The notes beneath the pieces were generated by a model. It had not been told where the DNA came from. It worked only from the letters and a program-made list of their open reading frames with translations, and did not search any database. A DNA stretch of 64,000 bases from Candidatus Moraniibacteriota bacterium (lineage in GTDB: Bacteria; Patescibacteriota; Minisyncoccia; Moranbacterales; UBA1568): the NCBI GenBank assembly GCA_016699385.1, contig CP064974.1, forward strand, positions 1,018,617 to 1,082,616, read 5' to 3'. The position numbers and the translations under genes are program-made. Below are positions 10,200 to 19,335 of this stretch, one piece after another; position 1 is the first letter of the stretch; each line of letters begins with the position of its first letter.

Positions 10200-10308
10200 G
10201 GAATATAAATTTGTGGATGAAATTGATGCTTGCTTTGCGTGAGAATGTTGAACTTGAGGGGGGATAGGGTCGTCTCTTTTTGAAAATCATGCTATACTAA
10301 ACGCAGTT

Positions 10309-11481
10309 TTGTTTTTTTGTCTGTTGATGCGAATAATACAAAAACACATGAAGCGCGCATTGAAAAACTTCTCTCGTGGATCGATTCTTGCTTATTCACT
10401 CATCTTGCTTGGTATTGTGCTGACTGCCTCAATCGGCATGATGTCAGCATCAGTAACGAATCTCAAAACAGTCTCTTTGAGCGATAAATCTATCAATGCC
10501 TTCCAGATAGCTGACTCTGGATCGCAGGCAGTTATTAAAGAATTGAAAGCTGCGGCGGATGGAGATAAATTGAGTGATATCGATGGCGGTTCTTGTAATA
10601 ATAGTACGAAGAGTATCGACAAAGACCTGTTTCTTGAGGGAAGGTACCGAGTGACTTTTTTTGACGCTTCTGATCCAGCTGTTCAGCTTGGTTGTGGTGC
10701 AGATGTATCTGATGTTGCCTCTGTAAAATCTGTCGGTACCTATGGCGATACGGCGCGAGCGGTGCAGGTGGTCGTTCAATCGATTAAGCCGATTGGTTGG
10801 TGGAAATTTAATAACAATGCGGACGACGAGACAAGTGGCGCAAATGATGGTTCTCTCTCAGGCTCTCCATTGCCAACTTTTGTTGATGCGCCTTCCTTTG
10901 CCAATCGCGCTTTGTATATTAATAGCGGATCAGGTGTTGTAACAATTAACAATGAGTCAAATTTTGATTTGCGCCGAACTATCAGCATTTCTTTATGGCT
11001 TAAAGCTGATACTCTTCCTCCTGCTGGCTCTATGGCTTCTTTGGTTTCGAAGATGGATTCGTCGGGGACAGTGTCTTCTCGCGCGTATTCCGTGTGGCTC
11101 AATGGTTTTGGTTTCGTACATCTTACATCGTCGAATAGCTCTGGAACAGAAGCGTGTACAGATACCGCTGATAGCGTAATCAATCTGAATACATGGTACC
11201 ATTATGTTGGTGTAATTGATCGAGATAATGGTTCGATGAAGATATATGTTAATGGGGTTTTGCAGACTCCTGGTTCAGCTGCTCATCATTGTGGTAGTTC
11301 AGGAACTTTTTCCGCTGGAGATGATGCTGCAGACAATGATGAGCCTGTGAGGGTAGGGGGGGATTTTGGTTCAAGCTATGCTGTATTCGACGGTCAGATA
11401 GATGATGTTCGTATTTACAATGGAATTCTTTCTGCATCGGATGTTTCCTCGTTGTATAATAGTGGAAACGGGAGGGAGTAA
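10309..11481 (+). CDS. membrane-anchored LamG/concanavalin-like domain protein with N-terminal pilin-like module
   Basis: N-terminal TM 'ILAYSLILLGIVLTA'; shared module ('VTFFDASDPAVQLGCGAD...'); C-terminal LamG jellyroll with 'DDVRIYNGILSASDVSSLYNSG'. Confidence 0.6.
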   Translation: MFFCLLMRIIQKHMKRALKNFSRGSILAYSLILLGIVLTASIGMMSASVTNLKTVSLSDKSINAFQIADSGSQAVIKELKAAADGDKLSDIDGGSCNNSTKSIDKDLFLEGRYRVTFFDASDPAVQLGCGADVSDVASVKSVGTYGDTARAVQVVVQSIKPIGWWKFNNNADDETSGANDGSLSGSPLPTFVDAPSFANRALYINSGSGVVTINNESNFDLRRTISISLWLKADTLPPAGSMASLVSKMDSSGTVSSRAYSVWLNGFGFVHLTSSNSSGTEACTDTADSVINLNTWYHYVGVIDRDNGSMKIYVNGVLQTPGSAAHHCGSSGTFSAGDDAADNDEPVRVGGDFGSSYAVFDGQIDDVRIYNGILSASDVSSLYNSGNGRE

Positions 11482-11493
11482 GATTTCTATGGC

Positions 11494-13203
11494 ATGAGGA
11501 ATATGCACAATGATATTTCCATCGTCCTCGCTGGTGCGGCGGGGAAGGGGGTGCAGACGGTTGAAGGGATACTCCTCTCGGTTTTGAAGAGTGAGGGATA
11601 TCCGGTTTTTGCGTCCAAGGAATATATGTCGCGGGTGCGGGGCGGGTCGAACTCAACCGAGATTCGCATTGGAGCAGATAAACCGCGTGCGTATAGGCAA
11701 TCGATGGATATTTGCTTTCCTTTTGACAGGGCGGCATTTGAGCATTTGCGCCGGAGAATGACGCCGGAGACACTTATTCTGGCAGATGAACGACTGGTGG
11801 CAAGCGGGATGGATCATTCGATTGTGCATGTGCCGATTTCATCCCTTGCGACAGAACTGGGAAATCCATTGTTCGAAAACACGGTAGCGGCGGGCGTGAT
11901 TCTTGGTATTCTCGGCGCGGATATTTCTGGGCTTGATGCCTATCTCCAGACTCGTTTTGCATCGAAGGGGGACAAGGTTGTCGAGGGAAATATTGAAGCG
12001 GGAAAGCAGGGCTACAAGATTGGGCAGCACCTTGCCTATACAGAGAATCTTGATTTGAGCATTAGACAAGATGCTCGTATATCAAACGAGGTGATGGTAG
12101 ATGGGACGGAAGCAATTGCAATGGGAGCAATTGCAGGAGGGTGCAGTTTCATTGCGTCCTATCCCATGTCGCCGTCAACCGGTGTGCTGCAATTTCTTGC
12201 CAAATCGGCGGAGACTTTCGGCATTGCCGTTGAGCAGGCGGAAGACGAGATTGCGGCGATTAATATGGGGCTTGGTGCGAGCTATGCTGGTGCGCGCGCC
12301 ATGGTGACGACCTCTGGCGGCGGCTTTGCGCTTATGTGTGAGAGTGTGAGCCTTGCGGGGATGATGGAATTGCCAATCGTGATTCATATCGCACAGCGCC
12401 CGGGACCGGCAACGGGGCTCCCGACGCGGACCGAGCAGGGCGATCTCGAGCTCACGCTCTACGCGGGACACGGCGAGTTTCCGCGCGCGATATTTTCGCC
12501 CGGGACGCATGAAGAGGCCTTTGAGACGATGCAACAGGCGTTTCGCATGGCGGAGAAATGGCAGTCGCCGGTTTTCCTCCTCTCTGACCAGTATTTCCTC
12601 GACACCGTATCGACCGTGCCTCAGGATGTGTTCGTGGCGACTTCAGAAACGCGAGACATTATCGAAACATCCAAAGACTATGAGCGATATACGCTTACGG
12701 AGAATGGAGTTTCGCCACGGGGAATTCCAGGTTGGGGTGAGGGATTGGTAGTAGTCGACAGCGACGAACATACTGAGGATGGGCACCTTACCGAACGTCT
12801 CGATATGCGCGTCCTTATGATGGACAAACGTATGAAGAAGCTTGCTGGACTCGCGGCTGATGTCCTCCTGCCAGTTCGTCTCGGTGCCGAAGGTGCAGAG
12901 ACGATACTTGTTGGCTGGGGGTCGACGCACGGCGCGATTGCCGAGGCACTCGAGAAATCCGGTCGAACAGATATTGCCTATCTTCACTTCAGACAAATCT
13001 ACCCACTTCCTGTGAATGCGAAAGAACTTTTCAAAAATTCGAAGAACATCCTTGTTATCGAGAATAACTACTCAGGGCAATTTGCAAGCCTCCTCGAAAA
13101 GCATGGCATCTCCGTATCGGAGCGAGTAGTGAAATATGATGGCGAACCATTTGGGGTGGAAGAATTGACAGAGAAAATTTCAAGCATTGGCAGTGGACAA
13201 TAG
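11494..13203 (+). CDS. korA: 2-oxoacid:ferredoxin oxidoreductase alpha subunit
   Basis: 569 aa; gamma-like N-terminal domain plus alpha domain; directly followed by TPP-binding beta subunit. Confidence 0.75.
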   Translation: MRNMHNDISIVLAGAAGKGVQTVEGILLSVLKSEGYPVFASKEYMSRVRGGSNSTEIRIGADKPRAYRQSMDICFPFDRAAFEHLRRRMTPETLILADERLVASGMDHSIVHVPISSLATELGNPLFENTVAAGVILGILGADISGLDAYLQTRFASKGDKVVEGNIEAGKQGYKIGQHLAYTENLDLSIRQDARISNEVMVDGTEAIAMGAIAGGCSFIASYPMSPSTGVLQFLAKSAETFGIAVEQAEDEIAAINMGLGASYAGARAMVTTSGGGFALMCESVSLAGMMELPIVIHIAQRPGPATGLPTRTEQGDLELTLYAGHGEFPRAIFSPGTHEEAFETMQQAFRMAEKWQSPVFLLSDQYFLDTVSTVPQDVFVATSETRDIIETSKDYERYTLTENGVSPRGIPGWGEGLVVVDSDEHTEDGHLTERLDMRVLMMDKRMKKLAGLAADVLLPVRLGAEGAETILVGWGSTHGAIAEALEKSGRTDIAYLHFRQIYPLPVNAKELFKNSKNILVIENNYSGQFASLLEKHGISVSERVVKYDGEPFGVEELTEKISSIGSGQ

Positions 13204-13209
13204 AACCCT

Positions 13210-14076
13210 ATGGAAACAAAAATTTCCCAAAAATCGTTCGACATGCCGGCGGAGACGGATATTGCCTGGTGCCCGGGGTGTGGGAATTTCCCGCTTCTCA
13301 CTATTATGAAGATGGCGCTTGCGGAGCTTGATATTGCACCGGAAAAGCTCGTCACCGTCTCCGGTATCGGACAGGCTGCCAAGGCACCACACTATTTCAA
13401 GGGCAATGTCTTCAACGGGCTTCATGGACGCGCATTCTCTCCGGCGACAGCGATTAAGGTAGCAAATCCAGAGCTCACCGTCATTGTCGAAACGGGCGAT
13501 GGCGATGCGTATGGAGAAGGAGGCAATCACTTCACGCATACGATTCGGAGGAATCCAAATATCACAGCGCTTATTCACAACAATATGGTCTATGGACTAA
13601 CGAAGGGGCAGGCGTCGCCGACGTCGGAAGTGGGTATGAAGACGCCGGTACAGGTGGCAGGGGTTATTCTCGAGCCATTCAATCCGATAGCTTCTGCGAT
13701 TGCACTCAACTGTTCATTTGTGGCGCGCGCATTTGTGGGCAATGTGCCGCAAGCGAAAGAGATTATCAAAAAAGCTATCCTCCATAAAGGATTTTCGCTC
13801 GTGGATATTTTCCAGCCCTGCACGGTGTTCAACAAGATGAATACCTATCAGTGGTTCAAGGAGAAAACGTATGCACTTGAGGATACGCATGATACGCATG
13901 ATCGCGTCGAAGCATTTCGTCGCGCGACTGAAACAGATCTGCTTCCACTGGGAATTTTTTACGAGAATCCCGATCGAAAAATATTCGAGGAACAACTGGC
14001 GAATCATGGAGCACCATTGTATCGGCATCAGGTGAACAGTGATACGTTTCAGGAACTCGTGCGAAGCAAAGTATGA
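13210..14076 (+). CDS. korB: 2-oxoacid:ferredoxin oxidoreductase beta subunit (TPP-binding)
   Basis: 'WCPGCGNF' N-terminal Cys motif, '[13 protein letters not shown]' TPP-binding loop. Confidence 0.8.
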   Translation: METKISQKSFDMPAETDIAWCPGCGNFPLLTIMKMALAELDIAPEKLVTVSGIGQAAKAPHYFKGNVFNGLHGRAFSPATAIKVANPELTVIVETGDGDAYGEGGNHFTHTIRRNPNITALIHNNMVYGLTKGQASPTSEVGMKTPVQVAGVILEPFNPIASAIALNCSFVARAFVGNVPQAKEIIKKAILHKGFSLVDIFQPCTVFNKMNTYQWFKEKTYALEDTHDTHDRVEAFRRATETDLLPLGIFYENPDRKIFEEQLANHGAPLYRHQVNSDTFQELVRSKV

Positions 14077-14081
14077 AAGAA

Positions 14082-14106
14082 AAAAGAGCCGAGAGGCTCT
14101 TTTTGA
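14082..14106. terminator. Rho-independent terminator (bidirectional hairpin)
   Basis: 'AAAAGAGCC GAGA GGCTCTTTTT' stem-loop flanked by A-run and T-run between convergent genes. Confidence 0.6.
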
Positions 14107-14115
14107 ATAGAAGTC

Positions 14116-14349
14116 CTACTGGATGCGACTCAGTGGATTGAAGAAATCTATGAGCCAGGGGATGCTGATGGCGATGCCGATAAGTGGAAGGAGAAAGAGG
14201 ATGGTATTTGCGACAGACCTCCAGAAAAGCTGTTTTCGTATTTTCTCGACCGAGTGCCAGATAGTATCAAGCTTCTTGTTCTGCTCCTCGAATTTTTCGC
14301 GAATGTCTTGATCCATATATTTTTTGTTTCTATACGAACAGTATACCAA
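14116..14349 (-). CDS. small hypothetical membrane protein
   Basis: 77-aa ORF with C-terminal hydrophobic helix; no recognisable motif. Confidence 0.35.
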   Translation of the reverse strand: MVYCSYRNKKYMDQDIREKFEEQNKKLDTIWHSVEKIRKQLFWRSVANTILFLLPLIGIAISIPWLIDFFNPLSRIQ

Positions 14350-14487
14350 ATTTACTCCCGTAGCTCCTATTTTGGAGGTTACTCTGATTGCGAAAGATTA
14401 TTTTTCTCACATACTTTGCGAATGCTGAACTCATATTTGAAGAGTTTCTTTTCGGAGTCTCGACGTAGACGAGAGAAGACTGTAAGA

Positions 14488-14558
14488 GTCTGTTAAGAAA
14501 GTCTGTTTTTCAGAAAAACAGTGTGAGAAGTACGCCTTTTTGATACTTTTTTAACAGG
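14488..14558. repeat. ~70-nt intergenic repeat (copy C) with perfect 19-bp palindrome
   Basis: 'GTCTGTTAAGAAAGT-CTGTTTTTCAGAAAAACAG-TGTGAGAAG...TTGATACTTTTTTAACAGG'. Confidence 0.55.
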
Positions 14559-14576
14559 ATCTCATGTAATTTGATA

Positions 14577-14915
14577 TTACTCCATCCCGAGTTCGGCTTT
14601 GGCATTTTCGGAAAGACGAGATGGATCCCAAGGAGGATCGAAAGTGAGCTCGACCTCGACAGACTTCACATTGGGAATTGCCAACACCTTTTCTTTCACT
14701 TCATTTTCAATGGTCTGAAAGAGCGGGCATCCGATGGTAGTGAGCGTCATGGTGATTTTTATGGCACCCTCTTTTTCACTGACATCGTAAACAAGACCAA
14801 GGTCGACAATGGAAACAAATAATTCTGGATCAAGAATCGTCTTGAGTGCTTTGGTAATGGCAGCTTTGCTTGGTTTCTTTGGTGTCATGGTAGTTTTCAA
14901 ACAAAAAGACGGCAC
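14577..14915 (-). CDS. sufT: Fe-S assembly protein, DUF59/MIP18 (SufT-like)
   Basis: 112 aa; 'ILDPELFVSIVDLGLVYDV' and 'TMTLTTIGCPL' conserved Cys motif of DUF59; last gene of suf operon. Confidence 0.7.
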   Translation of the reverse strand: MPSFCLKTTMTPKKPSKAAITKALKTILDPELFVSIVDLGLVYDVSEKEGAIKITMTLTTIGCPLFQTIENEVKEKVLAIPNVKSVEVELTFDPPWDPSRLSENAKAELGME

Positions 14916-14960
14916 ACCCGTCTCTTTGTTCTCTATTTCATGAGGAGTAAAAGATGCTCT

Positions 14961-15233
14961 CTAATTTGGAAAAACGACTTCGCCCTTCTCGTTCTTTACG
15001 GTGATGGCGGAGACAGGGCAGGACTGGGCAGCATTTATGATGGTGTCAGCATCGTCTTGGTCGCAGGTTTCGAGTATGGTTGCCTTGGCGGCGTCATCGA
15101 GGACAAAGGTATTTGGAGCGACGCCGACGCATGGCCCGGCACCGATACAGGTATTGGCATCCACTTCGACTGTCCAACCATTTTTCAGAGTAATTGGTCC
15201 ATGTGGTTTTGCGGCGTCTTTTACATTCGTCAT
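14961..15233 (-). CDS. small mono-cluster [4Fe-4S] ferredoxin-like protein
   Basis: 90 aa with 'CIGAGPC...C...CP' cysteine pattern, within suf operon. Confidence 0.55.
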   Translation of the reverse strand: MTNVKDAAKPHGPITLKNGWTVEVDANTCIGAGPCVGVAPNTFVLDDAAKATILETCDQDDADTIINAAQSCPVSAITVKNEKGEVVFPN

Positions 15234-15244
15234 AACATTATTTC

Positions 15245-15613
15245 TTACGAATTAGTATTATTCAGAGCTTGGTGGAGTGTTTCAATCGAGAGAAATGCGC
15301 ATTTGGCACGTGCAGGGGAGAGTGTTTCTATGCCAAGCAATTCGGTGATGTCACTTCCAGAAATCTTTAGTGCATCTTCAGGGGAAATTCCCGCGACTTT
15401 CTCCGAGAGGAGTGAAGCAGAGGCTTGCGAGAGGGCGCACCCGCTCCCGACCCAACCGATGTTCTCTATTATACCGTTCTTGATGACGATGTCCATGGTG
15501 AGAGAATCGCCACAGGAGAGATTCTCTGTTTTGCTTGAGTGTGTCACTTCTTGCAGTCGCCCCACGTGTCGCGGATGGTGATAGTGATCGAGGATAATGT
15601 CTTGAGAGTCCAT
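15245..15613 (-). CDS. sufU: SufU/NifU-like Fe-S scaffold/sulfurtransferase
   Basis: 'LDHYHHPRH', 'CGDSL', 'GSGCALSQAS', 'AKCAFL' conserved Cys ligands. Confidence 0.85.
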   Translation of the reverse strand: MDSQDIILDHYHHPRHVGRLQEVTHSSKTENLSCGDSLTMDIVIKNGIIENIGWVGSGCALSQASASLLSEKVAGISPEDALKISGSDITELLGIETLSPARAKCAFLSIETLHQALNNTNS

Positions 15614-15614
15614 A

Positions 15615-16841
15615 CTATTTCTTTTTTGAGAAAATGAGAAAAGTCTCTTTCATAACTTCTATAGCACGATTGATGTCTTCTTTCGAATTGTATATCGAAA
15701 AACTCATTCGCGCGGAGGCGGGGATATTGAGAGCGCTGTGGAGCGGATGTGCGCAGTGAGCTCCGGCGCGAATACAGATATTTTCTCGCGCGAGTGCTTC
15801 TGCGAGGTCGTGCGGATGAATACTCGGCAGTGAGAATGAGATGAGACTCCTTTGCATTTCTTTATCATGCGGACCAAGTATGTGGATATCTGGGAAATGT
15901 TGGTGGAGTGTTTCGAGCGCGTATCGTGCGAGAGCGTGTTCGTGTTCTTGGATTGCTTCCATGCCAATCGACTGTATATACTCAATAGCGGCGCGGAAGG
16001 CGATGATGCCGGAAATGTTTGGCGTGCCGGCTTCAAATCGATAGGGCGGTTTTTTGAATATCGACCCTTCGATACGAGCGTTTTCTACCATATCGCCGCC
16101 ATATTGGAAGGGCGGAAGCGAATCGAGAAGCGCGTATTTTCCCCAAAGAATACCGACACCGGTTGGGCCAAAACATTTGTGTGCAGAGAGCGCGAGGAAA
16201 TCAACGCCAAGCGCTTCTACATCGAGCGTCATATGCGAAGCGGCTTGAGCGGCGTCGAGGATGATGCGCGCCTCTGGTGCGAGTGCGCGGACAGTGTTGG
16301 CGATGGCTCGGACCGGAGCGAGAGAACCGAGCACATTTGAAATGAGTGGAAAGGCGAATATTTTCGTGTCTTTATCGACGAAGGATTTGAGTATCTCTTG
16401 GTTGATATCTCCCGATTCCGAAACAGGCATGACTTTGAATTGTGTGCCGGTTCGAAATGCCAGAGCCTGCCAGGGAAGGAAATTCGCATGATGATCCATG
16501 CTGGTGACGACGACAGAGTCTTTCTTTGAGAGGGTATTTTCGAGAGTGTATGAGAGGAGATTGATAGCCTCGGTTGTTCCCTTTGTGAAGACAATTTCGT
16601 TCCTTTCTGCGCCAATCCACTCTGCAACCGCATCGCGGGTTTTTTCGTATTCTCTCGTTGCGCGTTCGGAGAGTTCGTACAAACCGCGTGATATATTTGC
16701 CGGATATTTCTCGAGATACTCACGTTCTTTTTCTATGACAATGCGCGGCTTTAGTGATGTTGCTGCTGAATCGAGATAGATGAGGGAAGGATGATGCGTG
16801 AAGACAGGGAAGTCTGCTCGTATTGTTTCCGGGTGGATCAT
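15615..16841 (-). CDS. sufS: cysteine desulfurase, class V aminotransferase
   Basis: 408 aa, PLP-lysine region 'ALSAHKCFGPTGVGIL', C-terminal 'RAGAHCAHPL' persulfide Cys. Confidence 0.85.
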   Translation of the reverse strand: MIHPETIRADFPVFTHHPSLIYLDSAATSLKPRIVIEKEREYLEKYPANISRGLYELSERATREYEKTRDAVAEWIGAERNEIVFTKGTTEAINLLSYTLENTLSKKDSVVVTSMDHHANFLPWQALAFRTGTQFKVMPVSESGDINQEILKSFVDKDTKIFAFPLISNVLGSLAPVRAIANTVRALAPEARIILDAAQAASHMTLDVEALGVDFLALSAHKCFGPTGVGILWGKYALLDSLPPFQYGGDMVENARIEGSIFKKPPYRFEAGTPNISGIIAFRAAIEYIQSIGMEAIQEHEHALARYALETLHQHFPDIHILGPHDKEMQRSLISFSLPSIHPHDLAEALARENICIRAGAHCAHPLHSALNIPASARMSFSIYNSKEDINRAIEVMKETFLIFSKKK

Positions 16842-17464
16842 ATGTGTGGATGAATGCTCAATTTTTCAAGCGCTTCTTTTTCAAGTGCATCTACTTCCGG
16901 GTCGCGAGTATATGTGCGCATTTCGTCGAAGAAGTTTCGGAGTGTTCCTTCGGCAAGGAGTCTCTCGGCAGAGATTCGTTCTATACCGCGCGTTTCGAGC
17001 GTGAAACGTGCGTCGAGATTGGTTGTGCCCGTTGCGGAAGCATGGCGTGCCGAAACGTCATCGGCGAGGATCTCGAGTCTCGGCGAAGTGCTCGCACGTG
17101 AGTGTTCAGAGAGGAGGAGATTGCGATTGGTTTGTGCAGTATCTGTGCGAACGGCTCCTTCTTCGATGCGGATGAGTCCGTCATAGGAGAGGCGTGCGTG
17201 TCCGTCGAGGATACTGAGGACGGTGAGGAATGAGCTGGTATCGGACTTCTTGTGATTTTGAATAACGGAGAGGGTAAATGCATCAGTGTCATTTCCTATA
17301 AAGAGCGCGAATATGCGCGCAGTAGTGCCGGGCTTTTCGAAAGAAAACTCGATGTGTCGGGACTCATTCCAAAAGAAAAAGACGCGCTGTTCGCGGCGGA
17401 GCACAATTTTTTGAGCACGGGTGTTGATGAGATTGAAGAATTGCATAGAGAATGTATTAACCAA
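16838..17464 (-). CDS. sufD: short SufD-like Fe-S assembly protein (C-terminal beta-helix only)
   Basis: 208 aa; 'ADDVSARHASATGTTNLDARFTLETRGI' matches SufB/D C-terminal core; 4-nt overlaps with sufS and sufB. Confidence 0.6.
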   Translation of the reverse strand: MVNTFSMQFFNLINTRAQKIVLRREQRVFFFWNESRHIEFSFEKPGTTARIFALFIGNDTDAFTLSVIQNHKKSDTSSFLTVLSILDGHARLSYDGLIRIEEGAVRTDTAQTNRNLLLSEHSRASTSPRLEILADDVSARHASATGTTNLDARFTLETRGIERISAERLLAEGTLRNFFDEMRTYTRDPEVDALEKEALEKLSIHPHI

Positions 17465-19331
17465 TCTTCTTGGTCATCTCGAAATGTATGAGACGATTGA
17501 GTTCGATGGAATATTCGAGGGGGATTTCTTTGGATATTGGTTCGATGAATCCATTTACGAGAAGTCCCTCGGCATCGGCCTGGACGACGCCGCGCGATTC
17601 GAGGGCGAAGAGTTTTTCTTCGCCAATTTTTTCGACGGTCGCTTCGTGTTCGACGGTTGCGTCGCTTCGGTCGATGGTCATCGTAGGATAGGTGTCGCTG
17701 CGACTTATTGCATCGAGAATCATGGCGTCGCAGGTGACATTCGTTTTTGCGTGGCTCGCATTTTTCCCGATATGCACGAGTCCGCGATACGAGGTTTGTC
17801 CGCCGTTTTTGGAAATGGATTTGGAGAGGATGCGCGATGTGGTGTTGGGTGCCAGATGGTACATTTTACTTCCGGCGTCTTGAGTTTGTCCCTCGCTCGC
17901 AAGGGCGATTGAGAGCATATCGCCGTGCGCGCCTTCGCCGACAAGATAGACAGAAGGATATTTCATAGTCACCTTGCTTCCGATATTGCAGTCCACCCAC
18001 TCCATAACGGCGTGCGCTTCGGCACGGGCGCGTTTGGTGACGAGGTTGTAGATATTCGAGCTCCAGTTTTGCACGGTGGTATAGCGGACGCGCGCATTCT
18101 TGTGGACGAAGACTTCGACGACGGCGGCGTGAAGCGAGTTGGTTGAGTAAATAGGTGCGGTACAGCCTTCGGTGTAGTGAACGAAGCTTCCTTCGTCGGC
18201 AATGATGAGCGTTCGCTCGAATTGTCCGAAGCGCTCGGCATTGATGCGGAAATACGCTTGAAGGGGGAGATTGACTTTGACGCCCTTGGGCACATAGACA
18301 AATGATCCTCCCGACCAAACAGCGGAATTGAGTGCAGCAAAGGTATTGTCTTGCGGAGGGATAAGTGTGCCAAAGTATTTTTGCACGAGCTCGGGGTATT
18401 TCCTGACAGCGGTGTCCATATCACAGAAGATGACTCCGAGCTTCTCGAGCTCGCGATTCATACTTTCATAGACGACTTCGGATTCATACTGCGCCGAGAC
18501 GCCGGAGAGATATTTTTTCTCTGCTTCCGGGACACCGATGCGGTCATACGTTTCTTTGATCTCATCTGGCAGTTCGTCCCATGATGCTGAGCGGTCTTTG
18601 GTTGCTTGCAAGTAGTAGGTGATGTTTTTGAAATCTATGTCAGAAAGGTCGGGTCCCCAGATTGGCATTTTTTTCTTTTTGAAGAGCGCATAGCTTTTGA
18701 GACGGAAGTTTTTCATCCACGTGGGCTCGTTCTTCATGCGGGAAATCTCCTCGACAGTTTTCTTGGTGAGTCCAGGCTTTATTTTGTGTGACGAAACTTC
18801 CGGCATGGAAAAGCCGAACGAATAATCGAAATCGAGAGGAGTGCTTCTCTTTTTTTCCAGCCATGTATTCAGTGCGCAGTAAAACTCCTCATTTTTCCTC
18901 AGGTGATCTTTCGAAATTTCACTGTCTTCGTTGGTCATTATTTGAAGGCTCTCTTTGAGAGAGAATTTCTTTATGAGAGGAACAGCTATTTGAGTGCTTG
19001 ATTTCCCATCCCACATATTGACAGGAAGTACTAACTCGAGTCCCGTATTCCATGTTGCATCAATATCTTCCCAGTCTCCGTCAATGTTTACTTCGAGATA
19101 CACATGAGTACTTTCGTTCTCATGAGGAATTGTCAATAGCGTCTCCGGTAAATTCAGGCTGTTCCATGTAAAACTGCACACTCGATATCGACATGTATAG
19201 CCAAGTTTCTCAAAGGCTTTCTTGAGCTGTATATGTTTTCCGGAACAAGAAAAATCCTTCTCGCCGGGAGAGGTTGCAATTTTGTAAGGAATGTCTCGTA
19301 TTTTATTAAAGATTTCAACCAGATCTTTCAT
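17457..19331 (-). CDS. sufB: Fe-S assembly protein SufB with N-terminal transglutaminase-like cysteine-protease-fold domain
   Basis: C-terminal ~470 aa canonical SufB ('GGQTSYRGLVHIGKNASHAKTNVTCDAMILD'). N-terminal ~150 aa has 'FSCSGKH...HVYLEV...WEDIDAT' Cys-His-Asp TGase-core pattern. Start chosen at Met 4 nt after sufC stop; ORF track extends to 19382. Confidence 0.75.
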   Translation of the reverse strand: MKDLVEIFNKIRDIPYKIATSPGEKDFSCSGKHIQLKKAFEKLGYTCRYRVCSFTWNSLNLPETLLTIPHENESTHVYLEVNIDGDWEDIDATWNTGLELVLPVNMWDGKSSTQIAVPLIKKFSLKESLQIMTNEDSEISKDHLRKNEEFYCALNTWLEKKRSTPLDFDYSFGFSMPEVSSHKIKPGLTKKTVEEISRMKNEPTWMKNFRLKSYALFKKKKMPIWGPDLSDIDFKNITYYLQATKDRSASWDELPDEIKETYDRIGVPEAEKKYLSGVSAQYESEVVYESMNRELEKLGVIFCDMDTAVRKYPELVQKYFGTLIPPQDNTFAALNSAVWSGGSFVYVPKGVKVNLPLQAYFRINAERFGQFERTLIIADEGSFVHYTEGCTAPIYSTNSLHAAVVEVFVHKNARVRYTTVQNWSSNIYNLVTKRARAEAHAVMEWVDCNIGSKVTMKYPSVYLVGEGAHGDMLSIALASEGQTQDAGSKMYHLAPNTTSRILSKSISKNGGQTSYRGLVHIGKNASHAKTNVTCDAMILDAISRSDTYPTMTIDRSDATVEHEATVEKIGEEKLFALESRGVVQADAEGLLVNGFIEPISKEIPLEYSIELNRLIHFEMTKKIG

Positions 19332-19335
19332 ATGG

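Noticed and set aside
17866-18424. Arg-rich minus-strand ORFs (150-151 aa)
   Set aside because: Alternative frames within sufB; the typical antisense/alt-frame Arg/Ser bias.
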